Of a stretch of DNA of 64,000 nt, positions 11,927 through 22,129 are shown piece after piece; position 1 is the first letter of the stretch, and each line of letters opens with the position of its first letter. This DNA is from an uncultured Alphaproteobacteria bacterium. Lineage in GTDB: Bacteria; Pseudomonadota; Alphaproteobacteria; Rhizobiales; Xanthobacteraceae. Location: contig CAVRUP010000024.1 of assembly GCA_963724335.1 (NCBI GenBank), forward strand, positions 19,265 to 83,264. Direction: 5' to 3'. Position numbers and translations under genes: made by a program. A model generated the notes under the pieces. It worked only from the letters and a program-made list of their open reading frames with translations, was not told where the DNA came from and made no database searches.

Positions 11927-12116
11927 AGAAGCTTGCCTCGCGGTCATTGCGTTTACAAAGCTCAATGTTTTCTGTTGGCAAAAAGCGTTGTTCGCTGCGT
12001 CGCAATATGTTCGGTCGCCATCGGGGCGTAGCGGACAAAGGGTTGCGCCAGGGCCGAATTGGTCCGCAGCGTGTGACCAAGTGTTGCTCACCGGTCTCTA
12101 TTAGTGAGTACACGGC

Positions 12117-12702
12117 GTGAACACTCCACCGCCTAAAGGCGGTGGCTTCATGTTACGGCTTAAAGCCGGATCGGTCCGCTCTGCGGCGGACTCAGGTAAC
12201 GGCAAAATTGTCGTCCGGCTCCGGCGGCGTCTGGTTCTTGATGTATTCCGCCCAGACCTCATCGGTGACATTGCCGCTGCTCGCAACCCAATATCCCCGT
12301 GCCCATAGGTGCTGGCCCCAGTAGCGCTTGCGCAGTATCCCGAACTCGCTCAGCAGTTTGTGCGAACTCCGCCCCTTCAGATGCTGTACCGCACGCGACA
12401 CCGACAGGCGCGGCGGGATCGATACAAGCAAATGAACGTGGTCGCGATTGATCGAGCCGGCGTAAATCACCATCTCATGTGCCCGCGCCGTCTCCCGCAA
12501 AAGTTCCCGGCACCGCTTTCCCACGTCGCCACCCAGCACCTCGTATCGGTACTTCGTCACCCACACCAAGTGGTATTTACAGTCCCAGACCGTATGACTG
12601 CCGCGCTTGTAAGACCTCCATCTACGCAGTCTACACGGCAAATGTCGCAATCCCAGCCGCCTAAAGGCGTGGGGTTTTCTGATCCCCTATCGGGGACTCT
12701 AA
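12117..12702 (-). mobile_element. tnpA: IS200/IS605 family element, tnpA only (CDS about 12192..12650)
   Basis: YHLVWVTKYR, DHVHLL (HUH), LWARGYW, EYIKNQ; matching subterminal hairpins cgcctaaaggcg at both ends; no tnpB. Confidence 0.92.
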
Positions 12703-12712
12703 AAATATTCGG

Positions 12713-12750
12713 CGCGTCATCATGGGTGCCCGGGTCGATGCCGGGCATGA
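12713..12750. repeat. Right arm of the REP/RIME-like element begun at 7097
   Basis: catcatgggtgcccgggtcgatgccgggcatgac. Confidence 0.7.
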
Positions 12751-12902
12751 CAGACTTAAATGCGGCTTGCTGCATCGCAAACCGCCGCGCACATGACTGT
12801 GCGGCATTTTCCGCATGACCGGCGTCCTTGATTTTGGTCAGGGCGGCTGTTGCTGTGCTGCGATTACGATATGCCGCAAAGGTGGGTTGAGGCATCGCAA
12901 GC

Positions 12903-13837
12903 ATGGCGCAACGCAAGCCTTTGGCGGCCGTCCCGCGCGGACTGATCGACGTTCCGGTGACGCCGTTCACGCCCGACAATAAAGTCGATCTCGACACCTT
13001 CGGCCGCGTCATCGAATTCCTGCTGCGTCACAACGCGTCCTCGCTCTGCATTAATCTGCATCTTGCCGAGTTTTTCGAATTTGACGCTCGACGAGCGCAA
13101 GCAGCTCGCCCAAGCCGCGGTCGAGGTGACCGCCGGCCGCGTGCCGGTCATCGTGCATGTCAGCACGCCGGGCACCGACCAGGCGGTCGAGCTTGCCCGC
13201 CACGCCGAACAAGTCGGCGCCGACTGCGTGCTCGCCATTGCGCCCTATTACTGGAAGCCGTCGCAGGAGCAGCTTTACGCGCATTTTTCCGCCATCATCG
13301 CGGCGACCGGACTGCCCTTCATCGCCTATAACTCGCCCACCATCATGGACGGCGTCGGCATTGCGCCGGCGACGCTCGTCGCATTGCTGCAGCGGTTTCC
13401 CCAGTTCATCGGGCTGAAAGAGGCGAGCCACAACTGGGAAAAATATTTCGAGCTCGGGCGCGCGGCGAAGCTTGTGCGTCCCGGATTTCGGCCTGTTCGT
13501 CGGCACCGAGTGGATCGTGCCGAGTCTGACGCTCGGCGGCACCGCCTGCATGTCGATCTTCGGCGGCATCGCGCCGCGCTTCGTGAAATCCCTGTACGAC
13601 GCGACGACGAGCGGCGATCTGAAAAATGCGCTCGACCTGCAATACAAATTTTCCGAACTCTATCAGATCGCCAAGGTCGAATATCCGGCGCCGAGCAAGG
13701 CGATGTGGGAGATCATGGGGCGGCCGGTCGGCGCGCCGCGGCTGCCCAACCGCCCGCTCAGCCCGGAGCGCAAAAAAGAAATCAAGGCCGCGCTCGAAAC
13801 GCTCGGCCTTTACGACACGGAACCGCACGGATGGTAG
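12903..13837 (+). CDS. DapA/NanA-like class I aldolase family protein; two frameshifts
   Basis: VTPFTPDNKVD, GRVPVIVHV, IAPYYWK, FIAYNSP, IGLKEAS (Schiff-base Lys). Confidence 0.85.
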
Positions 13838-13891
13838 CGGCCTTGCGCTGCCGCCGGACTTCAAACCGCTTGCAAACCTAGAGAGGAAAAA

Positions 13892-14867
13892 ATGCGAAAA
13901 CTTTTATCCGCCAGCGTGGCCGCCCTCGGCCTCATGGTGTTCGGCGCGGCGCCCGCGCCGGCGCAGGAATGGCCGACCCGCGGCACGATCCGCATGATCG
14001 TTCCCTATCCGGCCGGCGGCGGCACCGACGTGGTCGCCCGCATCGTCGCGAAATATTTGCAGGAGCGCTTGCAGCAGACCGTCATCGTCGACAACCGCGG
14101 CGGCGCCAACGGCCAGGTCGGGCTGCAGGCGCTCAAGCAGTCGGCGCCGGACGGCTACACCATCGCGATGACGTCGGATAGTCCGATGACGGTCAATCCG
14201 TGGGTCTACAAGTCGATCCCCTATGACCCGATGAAGGACTTCATCCACGTCACCTCGGTGATCCGGCTGCCCTCGATGCTGGCCGTGCATCCCTCGCTGC
14301 CCGTCAACAGCGTGGCCGAACTGATCGCGCTGGCGAAGTCGAAGCCCGGCGGGCTGTCTTACGCCTCGGCCGGCGTCGGCAATTTCAGCCATCTGGAGGC
14401 CGAACAGTTCGCGCAGAAGGCCGGCATCAAGATGGTGCACGTGCCCTACAAGGGCACCGGGCCGTCGGCCATGGGCATGATCGGCGGCGAAGTGCAGCTC
14501 GGCTTCAACAACGTCTCGACCCTGCTGCCCTACGTCAAGGCGGGCAAGCTGCGCGCGCTCGCCGTCATGGAGCCCAAGCGCATGCCGGAGCTGCCCGACG
14601 TGCCGGCGGTGGCCGAAACCATCCCCGGCTTCGACATGGCGCCCTGGGTCGGCATCATCGCGCCGGCCGGAACGCCGAAGCCGATCATCGACCGCCTGAC
14701 CAAGGAAATCCTGGCGGTGATGCGCGACCCGGAGGCGGTCAAAATATTCACCGACCAGCAGCTGGTGGTGATGACGCTGCCCGGCGCGCAGTTCACCGCG
14801 CTGATCAAGAAGGATTCCGAGAAGTGGGAGAAGGTGGTGAAGACGGCGAATATCAAGTCTGCAGTAG
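13892..14867 (+). CDS. Bug/TctC tripartite tricarboxylate transporter substrate-binding protein
   Basis: Signal peptide, IVPYPAGGGTDVVAR, NRGGANG, PDGYT, HVPYKG; the true stop is probably near 14867 (ORF track reads through into the REP). Confidence 0.92.
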
Positions 14868-14897
14868 CTCGCCTTCGCGCGCGCTCAAATCCTCGCT

Positions 14898-15007
14898 GTC
14901 ATTCCGGGGCGCGCGCCGCTAGGCCGGCGAACCCGGAATCCAGAAACACTTTCCGGGCTTGCATCTGGATTCCGGGTTCGCTCGCTGCGTGAGCGCCCCG
15001 GAATGAC
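14898..15007. repeat. REP/RIME-like palindrome, family GTCATTCCGGG...CCCGGAATGAC
   Basis: Terminal inverted repeat with internal aacccggaatccag...ctggattccgggtt; related copies at 17711 and 22130. Confidence 0.85.
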
Positions 15008-15079
15008 GGCCATTACCGCCGCCGCCACACTTGAGCGGCGTGACCACTGCCGCCACCACGGCGGCACCAGCGGTCGGAT

Positions 15080-16369
15080 CCGCGAAGCCGCGGATGCGCG
15101 GGCCTCGCCGCGCCGCGCGCTCGGCGAGATCAGTGACCGCCCAGACCAGCGCGTCGAGCCGGTCGGGCGAGCGGCCGGACGACAGGCCGTCGAGGCCGAA
15201 GTCGGCCATCTCGTCTTCGAGCGCGGCAAAGCCCGCGCCCACGTGCTTGACCTTGCCCTGCGCGTACATGGCGGCGACGGGTTCGGCGCGCAGCCATTTG
15301 CCGCGGGCCGCGCGCACCGCACGCACGGCGACATTGGCGTCGACTTGTTGCGAGCACCGCGCGCACCATGTCGCCGCCGAGATTGACCTCGGCGACGATG
15401 CAGTCGGCGGCAAGCCGCCGGTAGAGCGCGACCGCCTTCATCGCCCAGCCGGCGGGCGCGAGCCCCGCAACGCTGGCGTCTTCCAGCACATAGACGACGC
15501 CGTCCTCGGCAAGACCGGCGGCGATAATGCCGCAGGCGTCGGCGCCGGGCCGGCCCGAACCGGGCGGATCGATGCCGACGACAATGCGCTGCAGCGCCGG
15601 CGCCTGCTCCACGCGACACGCTTCGATCAACGCTACGCGACCACAGCGCGTCGGCGCGCTCGGCGATGATCTCGCCGTCGATCTCCTGGCGGCCGAGCCG
15701 CGTGCCGGCGTAACGCGCCATCACCTCGTCGAGGAAACCGGGCGCCAGATGCGCGGCATTGGCCTGCGTTCCTGCGCGCGTCACCGCCGTGCGCGGATCG
15801 GCGGTGAGCCGCTTGATCAGCGCGATCGGCCGCGGCGTGGTGGTGACGAGCGCGCGCGGGCGCTCGCCCAGCCGCAGCCCGAACTGCAGCATGTCGAAGG
15901 TCGCTTCGGCATAAGTCCACTTGGCGAGCTCGTCGCACCAGGCGGCGTCGAACTGCGGCCCGCGCAGCTGCTCGGGGTCCTCCGCCGAAAACGCGTAAGC
16001 CACGGCGCCATTCGGCCACTCCAGCCGCTTGCGCATCCCGGTCCACACCGGCCGCTCGCTGCGCGGCGCGTTGCGCAAAATGCCGGACGGCCCTTCGATC
16101 ATCACCTCGCGCACGTCGTGCTCGGTCTCGCCGATGAGCGCGATGGCGCCGTGCGGCGTGTCGGCATAAGGCTTATGCCCATGCGCCAGCGCGCGCACGA
16201 ATTCAGCGCCGCTGCGCGTCTTGCCGGCGCCGCGCCCGCCCAGCAGCAGCCAGGTGCGCCAGGGCGCGCCGTCGTTGCCGGCAACGGGCGGCTCCTGATG
16301 CGCGTGCGCGAGCGCGAGAAAGTCACGATTGAGCCGCAGCAGCGTCGTCGCCGTCAGCCGGCGCAGCAT
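15080..16369 (-). CDS. Terminase large subunit, GTA-type; frameshifted
   Basis: TWLLLGGRGAGKTRSGAEFV (Walker A), LRGPQFDAAWCDELAKW (Walker B), VVGIDPP, VAEVNLGGDMV, SPDRLDALVWA. Confidence 0.9.
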
Positions 16370-17031
16370 CTCCGGCGTCCGGCCGGCTTGCGAGGAACGT
16401 CTCAATACGCCGCGCAAGCGCATCACGGAATTCATCGAGGTCGGCGGGCATGTCGTCATATGTGGGTCTCGCTGTCGTTGATCGTCGCGGCGGGCGCGGC
16501 GCTGAGCATCAGTTGCAGGCGGTGCAGCGTGGCGGTGAGGTTGGAATAACGTGCGCGCGACTGCGCTCGCGCTCGAGCAGGCCCGAGTTCGCGCTTGCCC
16601 TTGAGCGAACGCGCAGGAAGCGCCTTGCAAGTCGGCGAGCTCGCTTGGTCGCGCGCGGCATGCAGAGCTCGGCAATCGCCGCGCGGACTTGCTCGGGTCG
16701 TTACATCCTCCGTTCGTCCCCGCGAAAGCGGTTAGCGACCCAGGGTTACAGCGGCACAGTATTGCCATCCGTTGCCCCTGGATTCCCGCGTGCGCGGGAA
16801 TGAGCGGAGAAAGTACCTCCGCCCTTTCCAACAACCTTGCCGCGGGCGACGAGATCGCGCGGCGGCGCGCACGTAAGCGCACCCAGCCCTCGCGCTGGGC
16901 GATGCCGCGCAGCGTGGTTTCGTGCAGCAGCCGAGATCGGCGGCCATGGTGGAGAGCGGCTCGTCGCTTCCTTCGAAACGCCGCCGCATATTGGCGAGCA
17001 GTTCGGGCGTGGATTTCAAACGGCGCGCCAT
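16323..17031 (-). CDS. Terminase-upstream protein, candidate small terminase; frameshifted, contains a REP
   Basis: HTH-like N-terminus (RRRFEGSDEPLSTMAADLG); C-terminus DDMPADLDEFRDALARRIETFLASR overlaps the large-subunit start. Confidence 0.5.
16709..16808. repeat. REP-like palindrome inside a coding region
   Basis: tccgttcgtccccgcgaaagcgg...ctggattcccgcgtgcgcgggaatgagcgga; related half-copy gtcattcccgcgaaggcgggaatccag at 17084-17110. Confidence 0.75.
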
Positions 17032-17227
17032 CGTAGCGCGCATGGGGGTCGGTTGGCCATGGGTGTTGGCTCCACTCTCTGCCGTCATTCCCGCGAAGGC
17101 GGGAATCCAGCTTTTGCTTGTGATGATGGGTTTGCGCGCAAACAAAAAACCCACGCCTCAGGGCGCAGGCTCGGCACGCTATAGGATTATATGCCTAGCA
17201 GCGTCGGGCTGTCAAGGTGCCCCGCTT

Positions 17228-17291
17228 CACCCTCCCCTGGAGGGGGAGGGTCGCCCGCCGAAGCTTTAGCGAAGGCGGGCGGGGTGGGGTG
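17228..17291. repeat. REP-like palindrome, family CCCTCCCC..GGGGAGGG
   Basis: caccctcccctggagggggagggtcg...ggggtggggtg; related copy at 22256-22311. Confidence 0.7.
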
Positions 17292-17406
17292 AACTGGCAT
17301 AGCCGCAGCGCCACTCCGCCTAGCAGGACCGCGCTGTCAAGGACTTCGCCCGCGCCCTTGTCCTGACAATGTACGGTTGCTATATTGAGGGCCGAGGAGA
17401 AACCCC

Positions 17407-17687
17407 ATGAGCGACGTCACCGAAAACCGTTCCGAGCGCGTCGACCTGCGCATGACGCCGGCCGCCAAGCGCACGCTGCAACAGGCGGCGAGCGTCAAGA
17501 ACAAGACGCTGACCGAGTTTCTGCTCGACATCGGGCTCAATGCCGCCTTCGACACGCTGGCCGACCGCCGCGTGTTCCAGCTCGACGCCAAGCGCTGGGA
17601 TGCATTCATGGCGGCGCTGGATAAACCGCCGAAGGATAATCCGCGCCTGCGCAAGCTCATGCCCGCAAGCCGAAGTGGAAGGCGTGA
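17407..17687 (+). CDS. DUF1778 (TacA/AtaR-like) RHH antitoxin; frameshift near the 3' end
   Basis: RSERVDLRMTPAAKRTLQQAA...TLTEFLL...FQLDAKRWDAFMAALDKPPKDNPRLRKL; RBS aggag. Confidence 0.9.
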
Positions 17688-17710
17688 TGCGCTTTCCGGC
17701 TCGCCTATCG

Positions 17711-17852
17711 GTCATTCCGGGACGCTCGCCTTACAGGGCGTTTACGCGCATCTTCGACGCGCTATGGCGAGCGGACCCGGAATTCAGATGCCTACACGGA
17801 ACTCGTATCTGGATTCCGGGTTCGCGGGCTGGCGCCCGCGCCCCGGAATGAC
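17711..17852. repeat. REP/RIME-like palindrome between antitoxin and toxin
   Basis: gtcattccggg...ccccggaatgac, same family as 14898 and 22130. Confidence 0.85.
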
Positions 17853-17860
17853 AGGTTCCT

Positions 17861-18373
17861 ATGCCTGACGCCAAACCGGAGGCTCCGAGCGCGCCCGCTC
17901 CGCTCGCGCCCGAGCACGCGCTTGACGACTTCGCCTGTGGCGTCGCGCCGCTCGACGAATGGCTCAAACGCCGCGCCCGCCGTAACGAGGCGGAAGGCGC
18001 CTCACGCACCTTTGTCGCTTGCAGCCGTGCGCGCGTCGTCGGCTACTATAGTCTGGCGGCGGCATCGGTGCTGCGCGAGGCCGCGACCGGCAACGTTCGC
18101 CGCAACATGCCCGAGCCGGTGCCGGCGGTTCTCATCGGCCGCCTCGCGGTTGATCGCGCCTGGCACGGCCGCGGGATCGGCGCCGATCTGTTGCGCGATG
18201 CCGTGCTGCGCATCGCCGCCGCCGCCGAGACGGTCGGCGTGCGCGCCATCCTCGTGCATGCGGCCACGGCGGAAGCCAAGACATTCTATGAGCGGCACGG
18301 CTTCCGCGCCTCGCCGCTCGATCCGATGACGTTGATGGTGACGGTGGAGGAAGCGCGGAGGATGATGGGATAG
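17861..18373 (+). CDS. GNAT acetyltransferase toxin (TacT/AtaT family)
   Basis: FACGVAPLDEWLKRRA, VGYYSL, RRNMPEPVPAVLIGRLAVD, GRGIGADLL, FYERHGF; adjacent to DUF1778. Confidence 0.9.
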   Translation: MPDAKPEAPSAPAPLAPEHALDDFACGVAPLDEWLKRRARRNEAEGASRTFVACSRARVVGYYSLAAASVLREAATGNVRRNMPEPVPAVLIGRLAVDRAWHGRGIGADLLRDAVLRIAAAAETVGVRAILVHAATAEAKTFYERHGFRASPLDPMTLMVTVEEARRMMG

Positions 18374-18885
18374 CGCGTCGCGCGCTGGGCGGACGACAAT
18401 AGCTTGAAGCGTTACGAGGTCAAGACCGAATTCTGGCGCCGTTGACGCATTCGACTTGGCAACTGATTGCATCGCGGCGTGGGATAATTTCCTTCGTGCG
18501 AACAACTTGTGAATGGACCATCTAAAAGTCACTGCGTCGCAAACGTCTTACGGCGTATCGCGGCGATCCGCTCTCGCATTGTATTTCTCTTACCCGGATT
18601 CCATTCGAAGAAAGCGCCAATTGCGCTATCTGCACCATCTCCGCTCAGAGTTGTCCGTCAACCTCAAAGTTAAATTGGTTAACCGGATAGCGCGACGATT
18701 TCCAACGACTTTTGCGAACACTTCCAGCCGGTAGTCACCATCCCAAAAAATAAAGTCGTCCCGGCGAGAGACAAAGTGGTGGTTATATGTGACGCCAGAC
18801 TGCCTTACAAACATCCCGCTGCCCAGCGAAAGCTTATCCGTTTCGGCATAACCCCAGAAGTCGAACAGGTATTCGCCGACGCGAT

Positions 18886-19144
18886 TGTCCACCGTGAACC
18901 ATACCAGGGGCGTCGATCGACCATGGCTGCTGACCAGCGACAACATGATCGTCGCTTGGTTATCGGCGTCAAAGTCAGTCCAGTCCATGGCGACAACGAT
19001 ATTCGGGCGCTGCCCGACCGCATGAGGCACCCATCGCTTCAAGAAGTCGTCAACGTCAATCCCCGAGTTCGACAGCAGCCGATCCACTTGCTTGATGGCA
19101 TGCTTGGTCAGTCGTCCTCGCACCAACGCCAGCCCTTGCCCGAT
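18886..19144 (-). pseudogene. Internal fragment of an IS4 family transposase
   Basis: IGQGLALVRGRLTKHAIKQVDRLLSN...VVAMDWTDFDADNQATIMLSL. Confidence 0.7.
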
Positions 19145-19555
19145 CGTGTTAGCGTCCGCAGCGTATCAGCCGTCACGTGCTCGACGACGAGGCCGCATTT
19201 GTCAGCGCCTTTCGTAAAGGACGTCAGAGCTTGTGTTTTGGCCGCTGCTAAAATGATTCCGCGAAATTCTTCATTGGATGCGGCACCGCTGATCGTCACC
19301 GACCGCTTGATTTGAAGGCCAAGAACCCGCTTCGTGCCTGCCAACATCATCGAATTCGACAACAAGGTCATCCATGGGGTTGCCATGGCCTTGCTGTTGA
19401 ACGGCGACGCTGGTGACGAAACCCGTTTGGCCCGCAGCGCGTTCGCGGCGAAGGAGTGATGACAGATAATAGGCGACGACTGTGTCCTCGTAAGTAAAAC
19501 CTGCACCGCCCGTCAGTTCGGTCGATGCTGGCTTTCCGTCCGATAAGGATGTCAT
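19145..19555 (-). pseudogene. Truncated N-terminal PD-(D/E)xK-like nuclease domain
   Basis: GGAGFTYED...MDDLVVEF...LQIKR motif order; cut off at the IS4 fragment. Confidence 0.5.
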
Positions 19556-19668
19556 GGCCGCCGACCTTTTTTGCAGTTCTAGTGATTAATTCTCACTGCA
19601 ATATATTTAGCGAACCCCGCCCCCTATCCACCTTACATTGCGCGCCTGTCGAGGGAAAAAAACAAAAC

Positions 19669-19695
19669 AGCCCCGGGTTTCCCCGGGGCTTCTTT
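19669..19695. terminator. Intrinsic terminator
   Basis: agccccggg-tttc-cccggggct flanked by an A-run and tcttt. Confidence 0.7.
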
Positions 19696-19715
19696 CGTTA
19701 GTTGCTGTCGGCAGC

Positions 19716-20968
19716 CTTACTCCGCCGCCTGCTGCTGCGCCCGCCCGAGCACGCTGCGGGCGAGATCGCGGAACTCGGCGTGCGTGAGCATCTTCTTGTT
19801 CTTGAGCGAATGCAGCTTGGTCGCCTGCAAGCACCTTCATGGCGTCCTCTTCCGACACCTGCATGCCGACGTCGTGCAGCCACATGTTGATCGAGTTCGA
19901 TGCCCGAGCCCTTGCCCATCACCACCTCCGCCGGCGGCTGGCCGACCGCCGACCAGCGGATCGGGAACAGTTCGGTGGCGTTCTTCTCGCCGCAGTTCTT
20001 GAACCACGAGGCGATGATGCCGGACTCGATCTGGTAGAGGCCGCTGCCGACGATCGCCTTGTTGCTCGGCACCGCGACGCCGGTCAGGCGCTGCACCAGA
20101 TTGGCGAGCGGGGTGAGCTTGGTGGTGTCGATGCCGACAGTCGACGCCGTACATGGTCTTGAGCGCCATCACCACGTCTTCCATCGGCGTGTTGCCGGAG
20201 CGCTCGCCGATGCCGAGCACGGTGGTGTGCATCACCTCGACGCCGAGCGAGAGCGCCATGATGGTGTTGGCCACCCCCATGCCGAAGTCCTGGTGGAAGT
20301 GCGCTTCCAGCCGCTTCTTGATGCGCTTCTGCACCTCGGTGACGAAGTACTTCATGGCGTGCGGCGACAAGCACGCCGAAGGTGTCGACCAAGGCGAGCG
20401 CGTCCATGTGGCCTTCCTTGCCGACCTTCTCGATCAGGTCGATCGCCCATTTCAGCTCGGCGCGCGAGAAGTCGATCGGGAAGAACACCACTTCGAGGCC
20501 GTTCTTGTGCGCGAACGAGGTCGCCTCGATCGAGGTCTCGATCGCCTTTTCCAGCGGCCAGCGATAGGCGAGCTCCAGCATGTGCTTGCTGGACGGGATT
20601 TCCATCACCACGCCCTTGACGCCGGTGTCGACCGCGCGCTTGACGTCTTCCTTCATGCAGCGCGCGAAGGAGAAGATCTGCGGCCCGAGGTTGCGCTTGA
20701 CGATCTCCTTGATGGCGTCGTTGTCGGACGGCGAGACGATCGGCATGCCGGCTTCGATGCGGTGCACGCCGGCTTCCGCCAGGCCTTCGGCGATGCGGAT
20801 TTTCTCGTCCTTCGACAGGATGACGCCGGTCTGCTGCTCGCCGTCGCGCAGCGTCACGTCGTGGATCTTGATGTTCTTGGCGAATTTGAAATCCTTCGTC
20901 ACCTCCGGCGCGTAATTCCACTCACTCACGAACCAGTCGTTGGTTTTCCAGGGGGTTGGGTTGGCCAT
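19716..20968 (-). CDS. DRE-TIM metallolyase (isopropylmalate/homocitrate/citramalate synthase family) lacking a regulatory domain; frameshifted
   Basis: IHDVTLRDGEQQ, HFHQDFG, GIGERSGN, PSNKAIVG. Confidence 0.85.
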
Positions 20969-21155
20969 CCGGTTACTCCTCTCGCATGGGCTTATGGGTT
21001 GATCGTGCGGCGTATGTCAGGGCCGGCCGAGGCGGGCCATAGCGGGGCAATGCGAGGCGAGCAGAACGCCTCCGCCGCCGTTGGCATTGATATTTCGCAA
21101 GACCGGGCCATAAATTCTTGTTTTCGCTGCCGTCCTTATAGGCGATGCCGGCGCC

Positions 21156-22021
21156 TCAGACTACCGGGTTAATGAGCTCGCCGATGCCCGAGATTGAAAT
21201 GCGCACCACGTCCCCGGGTTGCAGGTAGCGCGGCGGGGTAAAGCCGATGCCGACGCCGGCCGGCGTGCCGGTGGCCAAGAGGTCGCCCGGCTCGAGCGGC
21301 ACATAGGCCGTGACCGTCTCGATGAAGCTCGCCACGTCGAAAATCATGTCCTTGAGCTTGGCGGACTGCCGGCGCTCGTCGTTGACGTACGTCGTCAGCT
21401 CCTGCTCGGCCGGCACGCCGAATTCGTCGCGCGTCACCAAATAAGGCCCGACCGGGCAGAAGCCGTCGAGGCTCTTGCCGAGGAACCATTGCTTGTGGCG
21501 CTGCTGCACGGCGCGCGCGGTCATATCGTTCACGATGGTGTAGCCGAACACGTACTCGAGCGCGTCCTCGCGCTTGACGTTCTTGGCGTGCTTGCCGATG
21601 ACTACGCCGAACTCGCCCTCGTAGTCGACCGTGTGCGGTCGGATCGAGCGCGGCGACGATCTTCTGCCCCGGATCGGCGAGCGCGGACGGCGACTTGGTG
21701 AAGATCACCGGATCGGCCGGCACCTCCTGCTTGTCGCCCGACTGGTCGACGCCGCTCTGGGCGAATTCGCGCGCGTGGTCGTAGTAGTTCTTGCCGACGC
21801 AGATCACGTTCTTGGAGAGCGGGCCGACCGGGGCGGCGAGCTTGGCGCGCGCGAGCGCGAGTGGCTCGCCGTAGTCCGGCGCCGCTGCCGGCGGCGAAGA
21901 GCTTGATGACGTGGCGCAGGTCGCGCAGCACGCCGCCGCCGACCGAGAACGGGCGGAAGCTGTCGCCCTCGACGGCGCCGAAAACCTTGCCCTGCGGGCT
22001 GTTGATGGCGGCGATTTTCAT
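21156..22021 (-). CDS. Fumarylacetoacetate hydrolase family protein; frameshifted
   Basis: CVGKNYYDHA, IFTK, GYTIVNDMTAR, WFLGKSLDGFCP, ATGTPAGVG. Confidence 0.88.
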
Positions 22022-22129
22022 GGGGCGATGGCTGACCTTGCTGGAATGCCGGCATTGGAATGCCGGACGGCGGGCGGGACGCGGGCAAGGCGCTAGCAAA
22101 GAGCGGGGCGGCGGGCAAGGTATGGGGCG

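Noticed and set aside
12117-12702. TnpB/omega-RNA system associated with the IS200/IS605 element
   Set aside because: The element is about 590 bp and encodes only TnpA
12828-12841. FNR-like site TTGAT-TTTG-GTCAG before the DapA-family gene
   Set aside because: The right half-site is degenerate and there is no supporting context
14885-16882. 665-aa ORF as one giant terminase
   Set aside because: It strings together part of the upstream gene, the terminase ATPase half and out-of-frame sequence running into a REP
15080-19555. Intact prophage
   Set aside because: No integrase, portal, capsid, tail or lysis genes
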